Source: Tubiluchus corallicola
Taxonomy: Eukaryota; Animalia; Priapulida
NCBI GenBank assembly: GCA_030141605.1
Contig: JAQGDQ010002014.1
Span: 1-17,765, forward strand
Direction: 5' to 3'
DNA length: 17,765 nt
Part shown: positions 10,223 through 17,765 of the stretch, one piece after another
Layout of the letters: the number at the start of each line of letters is the position of its first letter
Numbering within the stretch: the first letter of the stretch is position 1
Notes under the pieces: generated by a model
The model's database searches: none
What the model was told of the DNA's origin: nothing
Seen by the model: the letters and a program-made list of their open reading frames with translations, nothing else
Translations under genes and position numbers: made by a program

Positions 10223-11527
10223 ATGGCAGCTTCATTAGACGAGCCGCAAACTCCAGCTGAAATTGTTGATGCGATGGGCGACTGGAACGAGAGATACGAT
10301 TATGTTTTTGGTAACGAAGATTTTCAGGAATTATGTGATGTAACTTTTTCAGTTGGTAAAACCATCATCAAAGCTAGTCGGTACGTACTTGCACTTAGGA
10401 GTGACGTTTTTAAGAGGATGCTGTTTGGGCCGCTGTGTCATAAACTTGGTGATGTCATACCAATAACCGACGTTGAACCTGAAGTGTTCCTGCTGCTTTT
10501 GAGGTTCATTTACACTGACAAAGCTGAATTAACTGGTGATAATGTCCTTCAAGTACTTTACACAGCTAAAAAGTACAACATTCGTGAACTTGAAAAGATG
10601 GCTGTTGATACTCTTAAATGTAACATTACAGCTGATAATGCTAGCACCATTCTGACAGCTGCTTGCTTCTACGAAATGCTGGACGTAGAGATGAAGTGTT
10701 TGGAGGTCATTATCGCCAAGACAGAAGCAGTTATGAAGTCCGACAGTTTTACCTCCTTGAGCTACGACAACTTATTGAGGATTGTTAAACTTGATGAACT
10801 GACAATTAGTGAAGAGGGGAAACTATTTGATGCAGTTTTAAGATGGGCTGATGCTGAATGTGAACGAAAGAAACTAGAACAAAACACGTTTAACAAGAGG
10901 GAAGTTTTGCGTGACATTTTGTTTCAGGTGAGATTTCCGACCATGTGTCACGAACTATTCATCAGAGGACCAGTAGCAACTGGAATACTAAATGACAAAG
11001 AACAACTGAATGTTTTGATCAATCAGTTTCAAGGAGGGACTACAGAGTCAATATTTCCTAGAACGCAAAGAAACTATGCAGAAGTCGTGTCAGTCATGTG
11101 TACTGAATATTTTGAAAAAATGAATGATTTTGCAATAAGAGCGTGTCCATTTCTCATATCAGAAGTGTTTGCAATCACTGGTAATGCTGATAACCTTGTG
11201 ATTAGTCTTTCCAGCTGTAATGACGACACCTGCTCCAAAACAGTAGATAATCGTGCTAAAGGATGTTGCGTGGAATTACACATTGTTCGCTGTTCCACTT
11301 CTACTAGTCACAGAATATTTAAGAACAGTTATATTGAAGTGATTAACAATAATCCACAAAGGTCATTAATAACTTTTCTAGACAAAGATATACATATAGG
11401 TGCAGGGGAAAGTGTGTGCTGGTTTCAGAGTAATATTGCACAGTTTGAAACCATCATGGACCCTGCCTCCGGGTTTATTAATGATGGAAAAATTCGCATA
11501 AAAGTTATGATGCTGCTTAGAAGATGA
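10223..11527 (+). CDS. BTB/POZ-BACK domain protein (BTBD1/2/3/6-like N-terminal half; probable Cullin-3 substrate adaptor) with a putative divergent C-terminal MATH/TRAF-like domain
   Basis: 434-aa non-repetitive ORF with good Kozak context (GAAATGG). BTB motifs at aa ~38-133: CDVTFSVG, IKASRYVLALRSDVFKRMLFGPL, IPITDVEPEVFLLLLRFIYTD, NVLQVLYTAKKY. BACK motifs at aa ~139-250: CLEVI, F..LS, EGKLFDAVLRWADAEC, VRFPTM. The frame is also open upstream to 10157, so the true start may lie in an upstream exon. Confidence 0.93.
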   Translation: MAASLDEPQTPAEIVDAMGDWNERYDYVFGNEDFQELCDVTFSVGKTIIKASRYVLALRSDVFKRMLFGPLCHKLGDVIPITDVEPEVFLLLLRFIYTDKAELTGDNVLQVLYTAKKYNIRELEKMAVDTLKCNITADNASTILTAACFYEMLDVEMKCLEVIIAKTEAVMKSDSFTSLSYDNLLRIVKLDELTISEEGKLFDAVLRWADAECERKKLEQNTFNKREVLRDILFQVRFPTMCHELFIRGPVATGILNDKEQLNVLINQFQGGTTESIFPRTQRNYAEVVSVMCTEYFEKMNDFAIRACPFLISEVFAITGNADNLVISLSSCNDDTCSKTVDNRAKGCCVELHIVRCSTSTSHRIFKNSYIEVINNNPQRSLITFLDKDIHIGAGESVCWFQSNIAQFETIMDPASGFINDGKIRIKVMMLLRR

Positions 11528-11821
11528 AAGAAACATCATTTATTGGAACTGACGCTTTCACGATTACGATTGATGTTTTGTAGACTGTTATTTTTTTACA
11601 CCCCATAAATTGTCGATTTGCAAGATTGCTTATGGTCAACATAACAACGTCACAGATACCCTCTATCGTATGAATTGGTCAACATTTTGACATAAGCATT
11701 AGAAGCTTTTGACGCCGCATAGTGTCATTCTTGGACTAGATTCCTCCATGGCGGTGAGCCAACAACAGAATCAAACCTCCTAGTTGAAATTCATACCCAT
11801 CTCAATCTCGTCGTGTTGGAA

Positions 11822-11835
11822 TTATTGTTGTTGTT

Positions 11836-11868
<33 letters not shown>

Positions 11869-11935
11869 GCTGCTGCTGCTGCTGCTGCTACTACTACTAC
11901 TGCTGCTGCTACTGCTGCTGCTGCTACTGCTACTG

Positions 11936-11979
<44 letters not shown>

Positions 11980-12209
11980 ACTACTACTACTACTGCTACT
12001 GCTACTGCTACTGCTACTGCTACTGCTACTACTACTACTACTACTACTGCTACTGCTACTGCTACTGCTACTGCTACTGCTACTACTACTACTACTACTA
12101 CTACTACTGCTACTGCTACTGCTACTGCTACTGCTACTGCTACTACTACTACTACTACTACTGCTACTGCTACTGCTACTGCTGCTGCTGCTGCTACTGC
12201 TACTGCTAC

Positions 12210-12243
<34 letters not shown>

Positions 12244-12311
12244 GCTGCTACTGCTGCTACTGATACTGCTGCTGCTGCTACTGTTGCCGCCGCCGACATT
12301 GCTGCTGCTGC
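11822..12311. repeat. Compound (TGT)/(TGC)/(TAC) trinucleotide microsatellite
   Basis: Read directly; source of the poly-Leu, poly-Ser, Cys/Tyr and Ala/Val ORFs. Confidence 0.97.
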
Positions 12312-12719
12312 TAAACACGTGCTGCTTTTCATTTCCACAAGATGCGGTTTTAAAAAATTACATCAAGTTTTAATTAAGCAAATTAACTGGCAGTCTGCTC
12401 ACTTACTTTCAATTCAATTCACTTTATTTGTTAATTAGTGCCGACGCTGGCAGCAAAAGCACAAAACTAATTATTATTCATAGCCTCTAGAGAACAGTCG
12501 TTAACAATGACTTTATAGCTGTAATTATTCCTCCGCAGTAAAGCGGTTTAATGAGATAAAATAGAACGAATTAAGCACATTTAACATAAAAATAAAATTA
12601 TCGTTTACGAGTGATGAAGCTTCTAAATAGTTCGCTTACACTGATAGTAATAATAAGCTCCTATGTAGTCCCCCAATCCTGAAATATTCTCAGATAATTA
12701 TGTTGGTTAATCAACTTAA

Positions 12720-13259
12720 CCCTTTCACACCCGTTGTATCCCGTGGGATACGAGAATGTTTTCTACCTTTAAAATTAATAATTTTTTAAAATTGACAGTT
12801 ATTTGATCTGTTAATAGTTATTTTGATTTAATCCAATAACAATAGACTAAAAATGGTGATAAAATGGCAAACTAGAAAATCTACATAGCATAAAAAACTG
12901 TGCAAGGTACAGTACTTTAGAGACGACTTTGTACAGATCAGCATAGCATGCATACTAAATGTCTTAAATACTTTAAAAAATTATCAGCAGTTGCAGAATG
13001 AAGCATATTTTATGCTTTTATTGTGTTTTTAAAGAAGTCGGACTTTGTTTTATTTGCACATGACAAAGAATGTTGTGTATTCCACAGGATACATTGGGAA
13101 CAAAAGGGTTGTAATTTACTTTTATAATAATAGACACAGAAATGCAGTGCAAAAACTGTTTTGTTGTTACACTCAATAATGCAATGATGTGCAAACATCT
13201 CTTTGCAAGTCCAGTACTTAGCTTTTTGTTTAGTAAAGAATAATTTGGGACTGAAAGGG
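12720..13259. mobile_element. Non-autonomous piggyBac-like MITE, 540 bp
   Basis: TTAA at 12716-12719 and 13260-13263. TIR CCCTTTCACACCC matches the reverse complement of the right end CCCTTTCAGTCCC at 11/13. TTAA|CCC termini are the piggyBac hallmark. Subterminal palindrome GTATCCC-GT-GGGATAC at 12736-12751. Confidence 0.85.
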
Positions 13260-13682
13260 TTAATTAATTGCTCCCTTGCAACGACATATGTACACAAGCG
13301 GCGAACTTGTGTTGCCAAAATGTTTCAATTAAGTAACTTGTCAATCAGAAATCGATTGCTTGACTTGTTAAACTATTCTGGAGAAAGAGGGATTTCATAA
13401 ACCTCCTCTTGTGCTTATTATGACCGGGCATAAGTTTTGTCAGAGTTTTGTGAAACAATGTGCCACTGCATAGAACACAAAAGTTGGACAGCGAATGGCA
13501 GCAAAAATGCCCACTGAGTGTACTGTTAATATATACGATGCTACAGCACGTGTGGTGATACAGTATACTCAGTGGGCGCCTGTCTACCATTGGCTGGCCA
13601 ATTTTTTGTGTTTTATACAGAGGCTCATTGCCAATTTTTGTCAATTTAAAGCACCGCTTGTTAATGGGAAGCTGCAGGATAA

Positions 13683-13970
13683 TTTGTAAATTCTGATATT
13701 CCAAACTTCGACGTTCTTACACGAAAGATAAAACTTGATGTTTTATATGGGCCGGCAGAAATACTTAATAATATAATTGATAACTTGTATGTTCACTCTG
13801 CTTATCACAACACACTTATATGGACGAACTGGTGCAAACTGTTTTGCATTATGAAACCAACATCTGTTACCATTTTAAAGGTGACCTTTATTGGATTTTA
13901 TGACTCTGTATATTGTATTTTTAGTGACCTGTCTTGTGTTTTTGTGTTTTGTGTCTGGGTATGTATGTAT

Positions 13971-14010
<40 letters not shown>

Positions 14011-14128
14011 GTAAATATTTTATAAGTTTCTATTGTAATTTCATAGCATAGCTGAGTGTTTTTAGATTTTATACAATGCTATGTACTTTTAAATGTATAA
14101 AATGTATTCAAAATAAAAATAAAGAATA
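13683..14128 (+). mobile_element. 5'-truncated non-LTR retrotransposon (LINE) relic: ORF2 C-terminal fragment plus 3' UTR and A-rich tail
   Basis: 13683-13844 translates as FVNSDIPNFDVLTRKIK...NNIIDN...SAYHNTLIWTNWCKLF, resembling (from memory) the FV..N.IP.F..LLRK...N.II...S...W..W..L end of invertebrate LINE ORF2 proteins. It is followed by a T-rich UTR-like stretch and aataaaaataaagaata at 14112-14128. Confidence 0.6.
13960..14007. repeat. (TATG)n + (TA)n microsatellite
   Basis: Read directly; lies within the putative LINE 3' UTR. Confidence 0.92.
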
Positions 14129-14150
14129 GAGGAAAAGCTATGTCTCTTGG

Positions 14151-16510
14151 GAAGTTAAGTTTATTTTAATACTTGAGAAAAATGTCAGAAAGTATCAACA
14201 ATAAATAGTAAAAACAATTTAAAGTTGCAATCACTTCACACTTGGGTCGTCAAAATGGTCCGTTCTTTGGGCTTGGGTCGTCAAAATGGTTCGTCCTTTG
14301 GGCTTGGGTCGTCAAAATGGTTCGCCTTTGGGCTTGGGTCGTCAAAATGGTTCGCCTTTGGGCTTGGGTCGTCAAAATGGATCGTCCTTTGGGCTTGGGT
14401 CGTCAAAATGGTTCGTCCTTTGGGCTTGGGTCGTCAAAATGGTTCGTCCTTTGAGCCTGAGTCGTCAAAATGGTTCGTCCTTTCGGCTTGGGTCGTCAAA
14501 ATGGTTCGTCCTTTGGGCTTGGGTCGTCAAAATTTGTTCGTCCTTTGGGCTTGGGTCGTCAAAATGGTTCGTCCTTTGGGCTTGAGTCGTCAAAATGGTT
14601 CGTCCTTTGGGCTTGGGTCGTCAAAATTTGTTCGTCCTTTGGGCTTGGGTCGTCAAAATGGTTCGCCCTTTGGGCTTGAATCGTCAAAATCGTTCGTCCT
14701 TTGGGCTTGAGTCGTCAAAATCGTTCGTCCTTTGGGCTTGAATCGTCAAAATGGTTCGCCTTTGGGCTTGGGTCGTCAAAATGGTTCGTTTTGGGCTTGG
14801 GTCGTCAAAATGGTTCGCCCTTTGGGCTTGAATCGTCAAAATGGTTCGCCCTTTGGGCTTGAATCGTCAAAATCGTTCGTCCTTTGGGCTTGAATCGTCA
14901 AAATGGTTCGCCTTTGGGCTTGGGTCGTCAAAATGGTTCGTCCTTTGGGCTTGGGTCGTCAAAATGGTTCGCCCTTTGGGCTTGAATCGTCAAAATCGTT
15001 CGCCCTTTGGGCTTGAGTCATCAAAATGGTCCGTCCTTTGGGCTTGGGTCGTCAAAATGGTTCGTCCTTTGGGCTTGAGTCATCAAAATGGGCCGTCCTT
15101 TGGGCTTTTGTCGTAAAATGGTTCGTCCTTTGGCTTGCGTCAAAATGGACGTCCTTGCTTGGTCGTCAAATGGTTCGCCCTTGGGCTTGAATCGTAAAAT
15201 GGTTCGTCCTTTGGGCTTGGGTCGTCAAAATGGTTCGCCTTTAGGCTTGGGTCGTCAAAATGGTTCGTCCTTTGGCTTGGGTCGAAAAAATCGTCCGCCC
15301 TTTCGGCTTGAATCGTCAAAATCGTTCGTCCTTTGGGCTTGAATCATCAAAATGGTCCGCCTTCAGCTTGTCGTAAAATAGTTCGTCCTTGGGCTTGGGT
15401 CGTCAAAATCGTTCGCCCTTTAGCTTGAATCGTCAAAATCGTTCGCCCTTTGGGCTTGAGTCGTCAAAATGGTTCGCCTTTGGGCTTGGGTCGTCAAAAT
15501 GGTTCGTCCTTTGGGCTTGAGTCATCAAAATGGTCCGTCCTTTGGGCTTGGGTCGTCAAAATGGTTCGTCCTTTGGGCTTGAGTCATCAAAATGGTCCGT
15601 CCTTTGGGCTTTTGTCGTAAAATGGTTCGTCCTTTGGGCTTGGGTCGTCAAAATGGTTCGTCCTTTGGGCTTGGGTCGTCAAAATGGTTCGTCCTTTGGG
15701 CTTGAGTCGTCAAAATGGTTCGCCTTTGGGCTTGGGTCGTCAAAATGGTTCGTCCTTTGGGCTTGAGTCATCAAAATGGTCCGTCCTTTGGGCTTGGGTC
15801 GTCAAAATGGTTCGTCCTTTGGGCTTGAGTCATCAAAATGGTCCGTCCTTTGGGCTTTTGTCGTAAAATAGTTCGTCCTTTGGGCTTGGGTCGTCAAAAT
15901 GGTTCGTCCTTTGGGCTTGGGTCGTCAAAATGGCATCATCTTGTAAGCGTGCAATATAAACACTTATTTGCCTGGTGCTTGAGCAACCAGCTACAGTTAC
16001 AATTACCAACCAAAACAATCCAAAATGTTAAACTAGAAATGATTAATACTATTTTTTGCCTTTAATGCATTTCTTTGTCTACTATGCCATCATAACCAGT
16101 TACTGGTGGCAGTATAATAACCTGGAATTAACCCCAACTTAAAGGCGAAGCCAAGTAAAGTATTTTAAGATTTGAGAAAAACGCTAGAAAGTTTCAGCAA
16201 TAAAATCGTGATAAGCTCCTCGTATAATTAGTAAAATCAGTTCAAAGTCTCGATCACTTCACGCTTGAGTGCTCTCATTTTGAACAAAAATATGGCGTCA
16301 TTAGGTTACCATACAATATAAATATTTATCATGCCACGTACTTGAGCAATCTTTTTCAGCTGCAGGTTTTGTTACCAACTATAAGCAATCAAAATGTTAA
16401 ACTAAAAAATATTAATGCTATTTTTGCTTTTTGATAAATCCTGTGGCCCCCTATATAACGAAAACCAGTTACGGACGATAATACAACAAAACCACTAACT
16501 CAGCTAGTTA
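14151..16510. repeat. Old diverged tandem duplication of a ~370-bp unit; copy 1 (14151-16146) is interrupted by the 31-bp array, copy 2 is ~16147-16510
   Basis: 14151-14247 aligns by eye to 16147-16270 (tattttaa.a.ttgagaaaaa, agaaagt.tca.caataaa, tagtaaaa, atcacttcac.cttg.gt). 15930-16110 aligns to 16292-16490 (caatataaa, cttgagcaa, ttaccaac, aaaatgttaaacta, attaat.ctattttt, aaccagttac). Confidence 0.8.
14241..15933. repeat. 31-bp minisatellite, ~55 copies
   Basis: Consensus CTTGGGTCGTCAAAATGGTTCGTCCTTTGGG with 30- and 32-bp variants; degraded zone at ~15120-15430. Confidence 0.98.
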
Positions 16511-17389
16511 AGAGAAGACAGGGTGATTTTTCACATACCACCCCATTTTCAAGTACGGTAAAAAGTATACATTTTAGAACAAATAATATTGCAAAAGCGA
16601 ATCATAATGGATTAAAAACTTCATTAACGGCGGGCGAGCCCAACTATTGATGACATCACAAACGAACATAATTTTCAACAGCAAAAATATTCCACGAGCG
16701 TGTTGCACGTGTTTGCGAAAGCGAAAATTGAAGTACAGTGCTGCTATAACAGATTCAGTGTGTTGTACTAAAACTAGGCAAGTTTCAAAATAAAAATTCA
16801 AATTTCAAATTTACCGCTGTGTTGTTCACGCATGAGCTGTCGAACGTGTGCAGTTCGTCATAAACTAACACATCCAAACTGAAACGTACAGCACCTGTTT
16901 TTTGCAACGCTTTCGGAAATTATTAATACTATATTTGCTTCTTGATAATTTCGCTGCCCACTAAGTAGCATGATGATCCCGACAAGTTAAGAGAATAATT
17001 ATTTTACCAAGATAAAACAGAATTCTGTTAACGAAGTAACACGCTCAGCATCTACAGTAATCTAGCAGAAATGCTTATCTGAAACTCTGTAAATTAATTT
17101 TCAACACATTACACAGTACTTACACATTTTGAATTATAATTCTGATGTATGGAATAACGACTAATTCTTACATAAACACAAATTAAACACGAATTATTTG
17201 ACGGGTACCTTCACGGCGTTCAGGCTGTCCACCAGCTTACGTCATTTTTTTCAAATATGCCCACGGCGAGGTTCGATTCTCAGGAAATAAGAATAATCTA
17301 AATTTTTTGTGCATTTTTAAACAAGGCATGTTTTGCGCATATATTACGTGGTAATTTTCAATGTTTTTAATTGTATATTAAAATACAAA

Positions 17390-17765
17390 CAATATTGTTG
17401 ATTTGTCCTTTAATTTTACAATGTCCTCACGATATCATATGCTGCGTGTACAGTCTATGTACAGTCAATATTGTTGATTTGTCCTTTAATTTTACAATGT
17501 CCTCACGATATCATATGCTGCGTGTACAGTCTATGTACAGTCAATATTGTTGATTTCTCCTTTAATTTTACAATGTCCTCACGATATCATATGTTGCGTG
17601 TACAGTCTATGTACAGCCAATATTGTTGATTTCTCCTTTAATTTTACAATGTCCTCACGATATCATATGTTGCGTGTACAGTCTATGTACAGTCAATATT
17701 GTTGATTTCTCCTTTAATTTTACAATGTCCTCACGATATCATATGCTGCGTGTACAGTCTATGTA
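17390..17765. repeat. 76-bp tandem repeat, ~5 copies visible, runs off the window end
   Basis: Unit CAATATTGTTGATTT(G/C)TCCTTTAATTTTACAATGTCCTCACGATATCATATG(C/T)TGCGTGTACAGTCTATGTACAGT starts at 17390, 17466, 17542, 17618 and 17694. Confidence 0.97.

Noticed and set aside
11074-11298. Antisense ORF within the BTB gene
   Set aside because: Short shadow ORF with no recognisable motif.
11784-12373. Poly-Leu, poly-Ser and Cys/Tyr-rich proteins
   Set aside because: Trinucleotide microsatellite artefacts.
14241-15933. CRISPR array, telomeric repeat or repetitive protein (MVRPLGLGRQNG ORFs)
   Set aside because: No spacers; the 31-bp unit is not a multiple of 3, so frames cycle; TTTGGG/TTGGG occur only as part of a longer unit.
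17269-17282. Pol III B-box (GGTTCGATTC) suggesting a tRNA or SINE
   Set aside because: No properly spaced A-box and no cloverleaf found.

Overview
Repeat-dense, AT-rich eukaryotic genomic DNA, most likely from an invertebrate animal (inferred from repeat types and protein family). It contains one convincing protein-coding region, an uninterrupted 434-aa ORF (10223-11527, +) with BTB/POZ and BACK domains of the BTBD1/2/3/6 type. Its C-terminus looks MATH/TRAF-like rather than PHR or Kelch. The other listed ORFs are mostly translations of simple repeats. Mobile DNA comprises a 685-bp TTAA-flanked Kolobok-like non-autonomous element (5369-6053), a 540-bp TTAA-flanked piggyBac-like MITE (12720-13259) and a probable 5'-truncated LINE 3' end (13683-14128). 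Tandem arrays have units of 97, 101, 51, 31 and 76 bp, alongside many microsatellites. The 31-bp array sits inside one copy of an old ~370-bp tandem duplication whose second copy lacks it. No CRISPR array, RNA gene or prokaryotic system is supported, and I cannot claim a new multi-gene system from this window.
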